Assembly: GCA_030390025.1 (NCBI GenBank)
Contig: CM059432.1
Location: 8,804,001 to 8,868,000, forward strand
Source: Squalus acanthias
Taxonomy: Eukaryota
Reading direction: 5' to 3'
Length of the DNA stretch: 64,000 nt
A program made the position numbers and the translations under genes. This document shows, piece by piece, positions 25,963 to 38,980 of this stretch. Each line of letters begins with the position of its first letter. The stretch's first letter is position 1. The notes beneath the pieces are model-generated. The model saw only the letters and a program-made list of their open reading frames with translations. It was not told where the DNA came from and ran no database searches.

Positions 25963-26701
25963 TAGCGAGAAATTCGGCATGCTAATGTCCCCAGTTAGCG
26001 CCTGGCGGGGGCACTCAGGCAGTAGCGCCGCGGCGGGGTAAATCCCGCGCCGCACGATATATTCGCCGGCCCCATAGCGCCGGCGATAACAGTTAGCGCC
26101 TCAGCACCTTTCGCCATGCAGATCGTGACATCAGTGAGCGTGCAACGCTCGCTGGGCGCTTGATCTGCAAACTTCAGTAGCGCCCCCCGCCTTACGCCGA
26201 CAGCGCCAGGGAGCGGATGCATGAACCAGCTGGCTGGCGGCTGGTGGGGCGCTACTTAAAGGGATACACCCCAGCTGTTCCAAAGGTCAATTATGAGTGG
26301 CGGAGAGCACAGGATGTATCTGTAGCCAAATAAAGGCTGCTTAGTCCCCAGAGTGTTGCAGGCCATCAAAGGACTTTGCATTTCATCCCACAGCATATCG
26401 CCGTTCTGCACTCCCCGAATCACTGGCGGCTGATGTGCAGACTCCAGTGACCCTCTCCTTTAATGGCTGGAAGGCGCCTGCGCCAGTGTCCACTCCCGAT
26501 TACACAACACCTGATATTCGTTATCGCTTGGAGCTTAACGCCACTCACCTAGGCCATTAGTATCTGATTTAGCGCTGCCCTGCATTCTTTGAGTGCTGAG
26601 ACTGAATTTAACGGGCGGCGCGATTGTTTAGCACCTGGCGCTAAACATCCAACTTCTCAAAAATTAGCTCCCCAACTGGGTTGATGCCGAATTTCTAGCC
26701 C
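25963..26701. mobile_element. Harbinger-like non-autonomous element inserted in a CR1 3' fragment
   Basis: Inverted termini AGAAATTCGGCAT / ATGCCGAATTTCT; CR1 sequence on both sides (25935-25962 and 26705-27025). Confidence 0.7.
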
Positions 26702-27132
26702 ACAGTACTATTTCCTCTGGTGGGGGGAGTCCAGAACAAGGAGGCATAAACGTAAAATTAGAGCTCGGCCATTCAGGGGTGATGTCAGGAAGTACTTCTT
26801 CACACAAAGGGTGGTGGGAATCTCGAACTCTCTCCCCCAAAAAGCTGCGGCTGCTGGGTCAATTGAAAATGTCAAAACTGTAACTGAGAGATTTTTGTTA
26901 GGCAAGGGTATTAAGGGTGATGGAACCAAGGAGGGTAGATGGAGTTAAGATACAGATCAGCCATGATTTAATTGAATGGCGGAACAGGCTTGTGGGGCTG
27001 AATGGCCTCCTCCTGTTCCTATGTACAAAGAGGTGATAGCCAGCTGCACGTTATTAACTACCGCCCGAGAGGACTGTATAACCCCATAACTGCTTTGCAT
27101 TGCACCACAGTGCCTCGAATGTAATTTAATGG

Positions 27133-28030
27133 TGTAGGATCGATTCCTCCCCCCAGCGGTAAAAATATTGGACTATGAAAGATAAAAACCCAGAAGTGCA
27201 CAGCCCGCAAAAAGAGCTGGGCAGTAAAGGGTTAATTCAAACATTGCAGCTGAAACTACGAACCTTCAAGAGACTGGATCACAGACAATCTAATGTACGA
27301 ATCTCAAGTCTGAACGAGAACATTCGCATCTTCATGTACCTTAAGGGGTTTCATTGTCCACCACAGACCATGGCCCCCGAATAACGAGTTTCAGTGCAGG
27401 CCTGGACAATGGGCCGGGCCTCGAACCTTTTGAATATGAATGCTAACAGAAACCAACAACTTTGCACATGCAGTCACTTTGGGAGGGTTGCGTTGTCAAA
27501 AAAGATATCTCAAATCAATGGACAATAGCAGGAATAATTCACACATTTTGATATGGCCATCATATGCTCAGGAAGGGGCCAGGAAACAGCGAACAGAAAG
27601 ATTCGGGCCCTACAATCAACTCCAGGAGACAGCCGATCGGGAGTGGTGATTGTATGTTTCAGTCAAATCATAGAGGGGGCTTTTGTGATTGAATCTGAGT
27701 AAGTTTGTGAGTTTCAGTCAGATCACAATAAGGGTTTTGTGATTGAGTCTGGGTAACTTTGTATGTAACAGTCAAATCGCGGACGGGTTTAACTGTGTCA
27801 TATTGTGTCGATGCAAATGACCCTTGCGTAGGGGTTTGTATTTTGGGGTTGTCAGTCTAATATAAATCGTAGGGATTTATACTGGGGAAGTAATTGTGTG
27901 TGTGTGTTCAATAAACGAACGAATCAAAGCTTGAGCCAAAACCCTGTGCCGTGTGTATTTTGTTCTTATAAATCCTGACGTCCAAGAACTGTGTGTAACC
28001 GGGGACCGGTATCGGAGAAAACCCCTTACA
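27133..28030 (+). mobile_element. solo LTR (ERV- or Gypsy-type)
   Basis: Starts TGTAGG, ends CCTTACA; 4-bp TSD ATGG at 27129-27132 and 28031-28034; TATAAA at 27861, AATAAA at 27910; about 55-bp tandem repeats at 27652-27790. Confidence 0.75.
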
Positions 28031-28061
28031 ATGGTATTGCTTATGAAATGGTAAAGATAAT

Positions 28062-28336
28062 TCATCCCTCTTTTGGATGAGACATTAAACCGAGGCCCCA
28101 TCTTCCCTCTCGGGTGGACGCAAAAGATGCCACGGCACTAGTTCCAAGAAGAGCAGGGGAGTTCTGGTCATGATCACATTGCTGTTGGTGGGATCTTGCT
28201 GTGCGCAAATTGGCTGCCGCCTTTCCGACCTTACAACAGTGGCTACATTTCAAAAAAGTATTTAATTGGCTGTAAAGCGCTTTGGGACGTCCTGGCGTTG
28301 TGAAAGGCGCTATATAAATGCAAGTCTCTTTTTTTT
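28062..28336 (+). mobile_element. DeuSINE-type SINE 3' part
   Basis: Matches the core of 16153-16565 and has the tail AAAGGCGCTATATAAATGCAAGTC. Confidence 0.75.
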
Positions 28337-29451
28337 TATATAACGTCTGCGCAATTTCGCTGGAACTAGCGAGCGGCGAATCTCTTCGCCAATACATTTA
28401 CAATCTTGTTACACATCGGCAATCGGAGGAATCCTTACTTCCCCCGCAACGTTAATTCCTGTGTGAACATGTCCGGGAGTTGTGCGCCACGCTGCCACCT
28501 GCAATTCACTGAATTGCCCGTGGCCCGCTTGCTTTGGCACACGTCGCCAGCACTGCCACCTCAGAGGACCATGCTGCCCTTTTCTTTTTCTTCGTTGTGA
28601 GACGTTGCTTCACTCCGGGGACCCATTCGTTCTCCTGGATTCCCCTTTTAATGGCCGTGAGTGAAAGGGGAAAAGGCCCGTTAACTGTTCACCGCTGTGA
28701 GAAGCCGCCTTCTCCTGATAATTCCAACGCACCAAGTGCGAAGGAGCGTCGGTAATGAATGCAGATGGCAATATGATACTCGTTGGATGCCGGGATCCTA
28801 CTCACGGCACCGCCGAATAAAAAAACAGATTGATCTGCGAGAGAAATGGAGCCCGGTTACACCGTTACGATGATGTTACTGTTCAGATAAATGGTGCCAG
28901 TGAAAATTCAACCCAGTCGGTTTTATTATCTTGAATTTGAATTGTATGTGACAAGCAGTCGCTACTCGTGTGAGCAGGGTTCTGCAGTGTATTGTTAAAT
29001 AGATAATGGGGTGATGCTGTGCATGTATTGAGAGCGTGTATGACATACCAGTAGGATACCCAGGACATTGACTGTACATAATGAGGAGCCCCCTGCACAG
29101 TGTAATGTCTGTTATAAGTAGTTCATTCACCACTGAATGGCAGAGAGAGACTTCAACACATAATTATCAAGTCATCTCACGTAGCACGGTAAATCTGATG
29201 CTCTGCACACACTGCCAGTTATACGGAATATCGTTCAGGTAAATATTTAAACACCTAAAGAGCCATGGATGTCGACCTGTGGTTTAGTGAAATAGACCTG
29301 ACGAGAGGCGGACCAAACTTCCCAACCCTTGAGGGCTCAAAATGTGGACAAATGGCTGTGGGGAGACTGTGCTGTGCAGGGGCCGGCATTAGAATGGGGA
29401 TACCAAGAAGGACAGTGATCCACGCATTGAATCAAAGGAACATTAGCAACA

Positions 29452-29675
29452 GGAGGGGGTCGTTCGGCCCGACTGCCTGCCTGCCTCTCTTCCGCGGCCA
29501 CGTTCGCGTCCGGGTGGCCCTGGAGATGGAGCACGTGGTGTCCGCCGGCACGCTCGAGGCCTTCCGCAACCGGTGGGCACCGCAGGGACTGGAGTGCATC
29601 ATCAACCCCAGTAACCAAATTTTAATTTAATTTGTTAATTTCATTTGTTGTGTTTTTTGTTAAGTTACAGTTTTA
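29452..29675 (+). mobile_element. L1/Tx1-clade LINE 3' end
   Basis: CLPLFRGHVRVRVALEMEHVVSAGTLEAFRNRWAP resembles a Tx1 ORF2 C-terminus; followed by a T-rich 3' UTR. Confidence 0.65.
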
Positions 29676-29684
29676 GTTGATCGC

Positions 29685-30092
29685 ACCAAAACAGGAGGAG
29701 GCCATTCAGCCCCTCTAGCCTGTTCCGGCATTCAATTAGATCACGGCTGATCTGTATCTTAACTCCATCTTACCCGCCTTGGTTCCATCACCCCTTGCCT
29801 AACAAAAATCTCTATCAATCGGAGTTTCAAAATTTTCAATTGACCCCCAGCCTCAACAGCTTTTTGGGGGAGAGAGTTCCTGAGTTCCACCACCCTTTGA
29901 GTGAAGAAGTGCTTCCTGACATCACCCCGGAGTGGCCTGGCTCTAATTGTAAGGTTATGCCTCCTTGTTCTGGGCTCCCCCACCAAAGGAAATAGTTTCT
30001 CTCTATCTAGCCCATCAACTCCTTTAATCATCTTAAACACCGCAATTAGATCACTAATTAATCTGCTATACTTGAGGGAATACAAGCCTAGC
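29685..30092 (-). mobile_element. CR1 LINE 3' fragment
   Basis: LGLYSLKYSRLISDLIAVFKMIKG...FFTQRVVEL; 3' hairpin. Confidence 0.9.
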
Positions 30093-32573
30093 CCATGGGG
30101 AGGGGGAGTAAAGGGGAAAAACTGATTAGCTCTGCAGCAGACTGAATTCATACTGGGGGAGAAATTCAACTAACGGCCGCCCGTTTTTCCAAAATCGGCA
30201 CTGGACCTCAGAGTTTCATGGCATGATCTGGCATGCCCAAGCTGCACCGGAATTGCGTTGGGCGCCTGTCAGGAACCCAACCACAGATGCAGAGGAGCGC
30301 TCCAATCAGAGACATGTCTCCACCAGAGCTCCGCTTGAGCAGATAACTGCCATCTTAAGGCAAGAGAGGTGACTTTGCCATAACAGGTCCAGAGGTGTCC
30401 TGCAATAAAGCCGCCACCAGAGTCTTTGTTTGCTCCCTAACGTTGCTCGGGCAATCCTTAGAGCCACCACGGGGGGGGGGGGGGGGGGAGGAAGTAACAG
30501 AAGAGCAGAATGTGTAGCAGGAAGCTAATGATGGCAAGGGAATGCAATGCAAGAGCAGAGGCAGGATTAATCACTAGCTCCTTGATAGCTTTTCAAATTT
30601 AGGCAGTGCCAGGTGACACCACATTTAACTGAATCTGCAAAGTAGGCAAATTGCCTCGTTAGCACAAAATAGTTATCTGAAAGGTCTCAACACTTTCAGT
30701 ACCTTGTATTCCCTCGACTATAGAAGATTAAGGGGTGATCTAACTGAGGTGTTTAAGACAATTAAAGGAGTTAATAGGGTAGATAGACAGAAACTATTTC
30801 CTCTGGGGGCGGGGGGGGGAGTCCAGAACAAGGGGGCAGAACCTTAAAATTAGAGCTCAGCCGTTCAGGGGGTGATGTCAGAAACATAGAAACATAGAAG
30901 ATAGGAGCAGGAGCAGGCCATTCAGCCCCTCGAGCCTGCTCCGCCATTCAATGAGATCATGGCTAATCATCCAAATTCAGCACGCTGTCCCTGCTTTCTC
31001 CCCATATCCCTTGATCCCTTTAGCCTTAAGAAATATATCCAACTCCTTCTTGAATATATTTAATGAATTGGCCTCTACTGCCTTCTGTGGTAGAGAATTC
31101 CACAGGTTCACCACTCTCTGGGTGAAGAAATTCCTCCTCATTTCTGTCCTAAATGGCTTACCCCTTATCCTTAGACTGTGACCCCTGGTTCTGGACTCCC
31201 CGACCATCGGGAACATCCTTCCTGCATCTAGTCTGTCCAGTCCTTTCAGAATTTTATAAGTTTCAATGAGATCCCCTCTCATTCTTCTAAACTCCAGCGA
31301 GTATAAGCCCAATCGACCCAATCTCTCCTCATACGTCATTCCTGCCATCCCAGGTATCAACCTGGTGAATCTTCGCTGAACTCCTTCCATGGCAAGAACC
31401 TCATTCCTCAGATAAGGCGATCAAAACTGCACACAATACTCAAGATGTGGTCTCACCAAGGCCCTGTGCAACTGCAGCAAGACATCCTTGTTCCTGTACT
31501 CAAACCCTCTCGCTACGAAGGCCAACATACCATTTGCCTTCTTAACCACCTGCTGCACCTGCATGCTTACCTTCAGCAACTGGTGCACAAAGACACCCAG
31601 GTCTGGTTGCACTTCCCCTTCTCCCAATCTATTGCCATTCAGATAATAATCTGTCTTCCTGTTTTTGACACCAAAGTGGATAACCTCGCATTTATCCACG
31701 TTATATTGCATCTGCCATGCTTCTGCCCAGTCACCCAACCTGTCTAAATCATACTGGAGTTTCTCGGCATCCTCCTCACAGCACACATGCCCACCCAGCT
31801 TTGTGTTGTCTGCAAACTTGGAGATATTACATCTAGTTCCCTTGTCCAGATCATTAATATATATTGTGAATAGCTGGGGTCCCAGCACCGATCCCTGCGG
31901 TACCCTACTAGTCACTGTCTGCCACTCAGAAAAAGACCCGTTTATTCCAACTCTTTGCTTTCTGTCTGCCAACCAGTTCTCTATCCAAGTCAATACCTTG
32001 CCCCCAATCCCATGTGCCTTAACTTTACATGCTAATCTCTTATGCGGGACCTCATCGAAAGCATTTTGAAAGTCCAAATACACCACATCCACTGGTTCTC
32101 CCTTATCTATTTTACCAGTTACATCCTCAAAAAATTCCTGTAGATTAGTCAAGCACGATTTACCTTTTGTAAATCCATGTTGACTTTGTCCGATCCTGTC
32201 ACTGTTTTCCAAGTGCTCTGCTGTTACATCTTTTATAATGGACTCTAGCATTTTCCCCACTACCGATGTCAGGCTTAATCTGTAATTCCCCGTTTTCTCT
32301 CTACCACCTTTTTTGAATAGTGGGGTAACATTAGCTACCCTCCAATCCATGGGTATTGTTCCAGATTCCATCGAATGTTGGAAGATGGTCAGCAATGCAT
32401 CTACTATTTATAGGGCCACTTCCTTAAGTACCCTAGGATGTAGATTATCAGGCCCTGGGGATTTATCGGCCTTCAATCCCGCCAATTTCCCTAACACCAT
32501 TTCCCTACAAATACTGATTTCTTTCAGTTCCTCCCTTTCATCAGACCCTATGTTCCCCGACATCTCTGGGAGG

Positions 32574-33767
32574 TTATTTGTGTCCTCCTTTGTGAAGACA
32601 GAACCAAAATATGTATTTAATTGTTCTGCCATTGTTCCCCATTATAAGTTCCCCTGATTCTGACTGCAAGGGACCTACGCTTGACTTCACCAATCTTTTT
32701 CTTTTCACATATCTATAAAAGCTTTTACAGTCAGTTTTTATGTTCCCTGTAAGCTTCCTCTCATATTCTATTTTCCCCTTCTTAATTAATCCCTTTGTCT
32801 TCCTTTGTTGAATCCTAAACTGCTCCCAATCCTCAGGTTTACTGCTTTTTCTGGCCAATTTATATGTCCTCTCCTTGGATCTTGTGCTATCCCTAATTTC
32901 CCTTGTTAGCCACGGTTGAGTCACCTTTTTTGTTTTATTCTTATGCCAAACTGAGATGAACAAATTCTGTAGTTCATCCATGCGGTCTTTGAATGTTTGC
33001 CATTGCCTATCCACCGTCAACCCTTTGAGTGACATTCCCCAATCAATCCTACCCATGTTGCGCCTCATACCATCGTAGTTTCCTTTATTTAAATTCAGGA
33101 CCCTAGTCTCTGAGTCAACTACTTCACTCTCCATCTTAATGAAGAATTCTATCATATTATGATCGCTCCGACCCAAGGGGCCTCGCACAACAAGATTGCT
33201 AATTAATCCTTTCTCATTACATAATACCCAGTCTAAGATGGCCTGCTCTCTGATTGGTTCCTCGACATATTGGTCCAGGAAACCATCCCATAAACACTCC
33301 AGGAATTCCTCCTCCACAGTATTGTTACTAATTTGGTTAGTCCAATCTATATGCAGATTAAAGTCACCCATGATGACTGCTGTGCCCTTATTGCACGCTT
33401 CTCTAATTTCTCTTTTAATGCCATCCCCAACCTCCGCATTACTGTTTGGAGGTCTATATATCACTCCCACTAACGTTTTCTGCCCCTTGGTATTTCTCAG
33501 TTCTACCCATACAGATTCTACATCATCAGAGCTAATATCCTTCCTTACAATTGTGTTAATCCCCTCTTTAACCAGCAATGCTACCCCACCTCCCTTTCCT
33601 TTTTGCCTATCTTTCCTGAATATTGAATACCCCTGGATGTTGAGTTCCCAGCCTTGGCCACCCTCGAGCCATGTTTCCATAATCCCAATCAAATCATATT
33701 TGTTTACCTCTATTTGCGCAGCTAATTCATCCACCTTATTCCGAATGCTCCTCGCATTAAGACACAA
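32574..33767 (-). pseudogene. CR1 ORF2 apurinic-like endonuclease domain
   Basis: 397-aa ORF with APE motifs; frameshifted relative to the downstream RT. Confidence 0.9.
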
Positions 33768-34041
33768 AGCCTTCAGGCTTGTTTTTTTTAACGCTCTTAG
33801 ACCTATTAGAATTATTATTTACTGTGGCCATGTTTGATTTAAACCGTTGTTTTCTCTGACTGCCACTTTTGTTTTTCTCCTTCCTATCGTTTGCTTTTAT
33901 CCTTGTTTCCCTTTCCTCTCTCTCCCTGCTCAGATTCCCAACCCCCTGCCACTTTAGTTTAAACCCTCCCCCAGAGCACTAGCAAACTCTCCCCCTAGGA
34001 CATCGGTCCCGGTCCTGCCCATGTGCAGACCGTCCCGTTTG

Positions 34042-35885
34042 AACATAAGAACATAAGAACATAAGAAATAGGAGCAGGAGTAGGCCAATCGGCCCCTCGA
34101 GCCTGCTCCGCCATTCAATAAGATCATGGCTGATCTGATCCTAACCGCCAATCTACTATCTATCACAGAACCATCTCCTGCATCTAACAGAATTGCACAC
34201 ACGAAATAGGAGCAGAATCAGGCTACACGGTCCCTGGGCCTGCTACGCTACCCACAGGGCCATGACCGATCCGAACCTAGACTCATGTCCAAATTCCTGC
34301 CCGCTCCCCGTAACCCTTAATGCCCTTTACTTCTAGGAAACTGTCTATTTCTGTTTTAAATTTATTTAATGATGTAGCTTCTACAGCTTTTTGTGGCAGC
34401 ATATTCCATGGACCTACCACCCTCTGAGTGAAGTAGTTCCTCCTCATCTCAGTTTTGAAAGAGCAGCCCCTTATTCTAAGACTATGTCCCCTAGTTCTAG
34501 TTTCACCCGTCATCGGGAACATCCTCCCCGCATCCACCCGATCCAACCCCTTCACAATCTTATATGTTTCAATAAGATCGCCTCTCATTCTTCTGAACTC
34601 CAATGAGTAGAGTCCCAATCTACCCAACCTCTCCTCATATGACCACCCCCTCATCCCCGGGATTAACCGAGTGAACCTTTTTTGCACTGCCTCGAGAGCA
34701 AGGATGTCTTTCCTTAAGTAAGGACACCAAAACTGTATGCAGTATTCCAGGTGCGGTCTCACCAATACCTTGTACAACTGAAGCAATACCTCCCTATTTT
34801 TATATTCTATCCCCCTAGCAATGAAAGCCAACATTCCATTTGCCTTCTTAATCACTTGCTGCACCTGCATACTAACCTTTTGAGTTTCGTGCACCAGGAC
34901 CCCCAGATCCCTTTGCACTTCAGTACTCTCCAGTTTCTTGCCATTAAGATAATAAATTGCTCTAGGATTTTTCCTGCCAAAGTGCATCACCTCACACTTT
35001 CCAGTGTTGTATTCCATCTGCCAAATCTCTGCCCACTTACTTAGCCTGTCTATGTCCCCTTGCAGGTTTTTTATGTCCTCCTCACTCACTACTTTCCCTC
35101 CCATCTTTGTATCATCTGCAAATTTTGATATGTTACACTTGGTCCCTTCCTCCAAATCGTTAATATAGATTGTAAAGAGTTGGGGACCCAGCACTGACCC
35201 CTGTGGAACACCACTAGTTACTGATTGCCAGTCTGAGAATGAACCATTTATCCCAACTCTTTGCTTTCTGTTAGATAGCCAATCCTCTATCCATGCCAGA
35301 ATATTACCCCCAATCCCGTGATTTTTTACCTTAAGCAATAATCTTTTGTGTGGCACCTTGTCAAATGCCTTTTGGAAGTCTAAATACACTACGTCCACTG
35401 GTTCCCCTTTATCCACTCTGTATGTTACTTCCTCAAAGAACTCCAGCAAATTTGTCAAACATGACTTCCCCTTCGTAAAACCATGCTGACTTTGTCCTAT
35501 TAAATTATAATTATCCAAATGTCCTGTTACTGTTTCCTTAATAATGGACTCCAAAATTTTACCTACCACAGATGTTAGGCTAACCGGTCTATAGTTACCA
35601 GCCTTCTGTCTACTGCCCTTTTTAAATAAGGGTGTTACATTAGCAGTTTTCCAGTCTGCCGGGACCTTAGCGGAATCCAGGGAGTTTTGAAAAATTATTA
35701 CCAATGCATCTACAATCCCTACCACCACTTCCTTCAAGACTCTAGGATGTAAGCCATCAGGTCCAGGTGATTTATCCGCCTTGAGTCCCATTATTTTACC
35801 GAGTACCACTTCCTTAGTGATTTTGATCGTGTTTAGCTCCTCTCCCCCTATAGCCCCCTGTTTGTCCAGTGTTGGGATATTCTTA
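34042..35885 (-). mobile_element. young 5'-truncated CR1 with uninterrupted 508-aa RT ORF, nested in ORF1 of the host CR1
   Basis: ORF 34283-35809 runs to its natural stop; GTTTG duplicated at 34037-34041 and 35886-35890; (TTCTTATG)n tail. Confidence 0.95.
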
Positions 35886-37391
35886 GTGTTTGTACTGGTC
35901 TCACCTCCCCCAGAACCGGTTCCAATGTCCCAGGAATTTGAATCCCTCCCCCTTGCACCATTCCTCTAGCCACGTATTCATCTGAAATATCCTTCTATTT
36001 CTACTCTGACTAGCACGTGGCACTAGTAGCAATCCGGAGATTACTACCTTTGAGGTCCTATTTTTTAATTTACCTCCTAACTCCCTATATTCAGCTTTTA
36101 GGACCTCATCCCCTTTTTTACCTATATCGTTGGTACCTATATGCACCACGACAACTGGCTGTTCACCCTCCCCTTCCAAAATGTTCTGCAGTCGCTCTGA
36201 GACATCCTTGACCCTTGCACCAGGGAGGCAACACACCATCCTGGAGTCTCGTTTGCGGCCGCAGAAACGCCTATCTATTCCCCTTACAATAGAATCCCCT
36301 ATCACTATAGCTCTACCCCTCTTTTTCCTCCCATCCTGTGCAGCAGAGCCACCCCTGGTGCCAGGAAGTTGGCTGCTGCTGCCTTCCTCTGATAAGCCAT
36401 CCCCCCCAACAGTATTCAAAGTGGTATATCTGTTTGAGAGGGCGATGTCCACAGGTGACTCCTGCACTATCTGCCTGCGCCTACTACTCTGTCTGTTGGT
36501 CACCCATTCCCTTTCTGCCTGTACATTCTTTGCCTGCGGTGTGACCAACTGCTCAAACGTGATATCCACGACGTCCTCAGCATCGCGAATGGTCCAGTAT
36601 ATATCCAATCACAGCTCTAGTGCTGTAATGCGGTCTGCCAGTAGCTGTAGCTGGATACACTTCCCGCACACATGGTTGTCAGGGGCACAGGAAGTGTCCC
36701 TGAGTTCCCACATAGCGCAAGAGGAGCATACCATGGGGCCGAGCTCTCCTGCCATGACTTACCCTTTAATTAATTCAAATTAAATTAAATCAAATCAATC
36801 CCACCAATTACAGTACAGTTAAATGATATACTTAAGGGCCCTGGTTTACCAACAGTCCCCGCTAAACCACAGAGAGCTTAGAAACTATAAACCACAGAGT
36901 TTAAGTTTAAAAAGAGAGAAATACTCACCAACAAATCACTTACCTGCTTTCTGGTGATGTCACACTTCGATTACTTTTTACTTCTCTCCCTCCCTCTGAG
37001 CTCGGAGATTGGTCCGCCGACCTGGTCTCTGTCGCCTCTTTTGAGTCCCGCCGCCGCCGCCTGGTTCCCCGCAGGTCCGCTGCCGCTCTGAGCTCAGGAA
37101 GCACTTCTTCACACAAAGGGTAGTGGGAATCTGGAACTCTCCCCCCCCCCAAATAAGCTGCTGAGGCTGGGGGCTCAACTAAAAATTTCAAAACTGAGAT
37201 TGATAGACTTTTGTTAGCCAAGGGGTGATGGAACCAAGACATGAAGATACAGATCAGCCATGATCTCATTGAATGGCCGAACAGACTCGAGGGGCTGAAT
37301 GGCCCACTCCTGTTCCTAAATGTCTTTCATTGGTGCAATTGTATAGGTTGAGAAGGCCAAATATTTCATAATTCTTAATGGTTCCTATGCA

Positions 37392-38152
37392 GCGGGGGTC
37401 CTGTAGGAGGGCGGGGGTCCTGTAGGAGGGCGGGGGGTCCTGTAGGAGGGTGGGGGGTCCTGTAGGAGGGCGGGGGGGTCCTGCAGGAGGGCGGGGGTCC
37501 TGTAGGAGGGCGGGGGGTCCTGTAGGAGGGCGGGGGTCCTGTAGGAGGGCGGGGGTCCTGTCGGAGGGCGGGGGGTCCTGCAGGAGGGCGGGGGGTCCTG
37601 TAGGAGGGCGGGGGGTCCTGTAGGAGGGCGGGGGTCCTGTAGGAGGGCGGGGGGTCCTGTAGGAGGGCGGGGGGTCCTGTAGGAGGGCGGGGGGTCCTGT
37701 AGGAGGGCGGGGGGGTCCTGTAGGAGGGCGGGGCTCCTGTAGGAGGGCGGGGGGTCCTGTAGGAGGGCGGGGCTCCTGTAGGAGGGCGGGGGGTCCTGTA
37801 GGAGGGCGGGGGGTCCTGTAGGAGGGCGGGGGGTTCTGTCATTGTGGAGGGCGGGGGTCCTGTAGGAGGGCGGGGGTCCTGTAGGAGGGCGGGGGTCCTG
37901 CAGGAGGGCGGGGTTCCTGTCAGAGGGCGGGGGTCCTGCAGGAGGGCGGGGGTCCTGTCGGAGGGCGGGGGTCCTGTCGGAGGGCGGGGTTCCTGTCATT
38001 GTGGAGGGCGGGGGTCCTGCAGGAGGGCGGGGGTCCTGTCGGAGGGTGGGGGTCCTGTAGGAGGGTGGGGGTCCTGTCCTTGTGGAGGGCGGGCGTTCTG
38101 TAGGAGGCGGGGCGTCCTGTCATTGTGGAGGGCAGGGGCAGGGCGGGGGTCC
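37392..38152. repeat. G-rich minisatellite, 19-21-bp unit
   Basis: Unit G(4-7)TCCTGTAGGAGGGC repeated more than 30 times, with variant units containing TCATTGTGG. Confidence 0.97.
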
Positions 38153-38484
38153 TGGATTGATTATAGGAGATGTGCGGATGGAGATATTCTGGATTTCTGC
38201 TCAACTACCTTTGGACTCTGGGGAGTATTTACATCAAACTCATTTTTCGGGCAGTTTAATTGGAGTCCAGAGCGAAGTCTATGAAAGGAGTCAGCTCAAT
38301 GGACCAAAAAAACACACTGCCAAAGTTTTCTCATGCTTTTATATCCGCAGCAGAAGTGGACAGCTGATAAATTTATGCAGGGCAAATATCAAAACATTAC
38401 AAGAAAGAAAATTGGCCACGAGAGGAATAGGCAGCTGGATTTGTATTCCCCAACTTATTGCCCTCCTGGCTGGCACCCACCTTC

Positions 38485-38980
38485 CACCCTCTGTATACTT
38501 GAGGTCATCCGAAACTCTGCTGCCCGTGTCCTAACTCGCATCAAGTCCCGTTCACCCATCACCCTGTGCTCGCTGACCTACGTTGGCTCCCGGTCCGACA
38601 AGACCTCGATTTCAAAATTGTCATTCTTGTGTTCAAATCCTTCCATGGCCTCGCCCCTCCCTATCTCTGTAATCTCCTTCAGCCCCACAACCCTCCGAGA
38701 TATCTGCGCTCCTCCAATTCTACCCTCTTGAGGATCCCCGATTTTAATTGCTCAACCATCGGTGGCCGTGCCTTCAGCTGCCAAGGCTCCGAAGAGCTGG
38801 AATTCCCTCCCTAAACCTCTCCACCTCTCTTTCCTCCTTTAAGACACTCCTTAAAACCTACCTCTTTGACCAAGCTTTTAGTCACCTGTCCTCATATCTC
38901 CTTATGAGGCTCGGTGTCAAATTTTTGGCTTGGGAGGTTTCGCTATGTTAAAAGGGGTTATATAAATGCAGGTTGTTGTT
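38485..38980 (+). mobile_element. L2 LINE 3' fragment
   Basis: LADLRWLPVRQDLDFKIVILVFKS...RYLRSS...GGRAFSC; tail TATATAAATGCAGGTTGTTGTT. Confidence 0.88.

Larger units (their letters stand above)
30882..37093 (-). mobile_element. full-length CR1 LINE (5' UTR, ORF1, ORF2, 3' tail), interrupted by a second CR1
   Basis: ORF1 from ATG at 36755 (MAGELGPMVCSSC...CGKC; esterase IVIGDSIVRG...VVVHIGTND...DGLH); ORF2 APE (LNARS, ETWL, YRPP, GDFN, SDH) at 32574-33767 and RT at 31421-32395; TCAG on both sides, within an older plus-strand CR1 (30700-30881 plus 37094-37320). Confidence 0.93.

Noticed and set aside
28340..29260. CpG-containing unassigned stretch, possible regulatory element
   Set aside because: No termini, ORF or motif could be identified with confidence.
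33196..36783. Plus-strand ORFs of 213 aa (33196-33837) and 217 aa (36130-36783)
   Set aside because: These are antisense shadows of CR1 ORF2 and ORF1; no independent motifs.
37375..38284. Long Pro-rich and Gly-rich ORFs (155-204 aa)
   Set aside because: They are translations of the minisatellite, whose unit lacks stops in several frames; no evidence of a gene.
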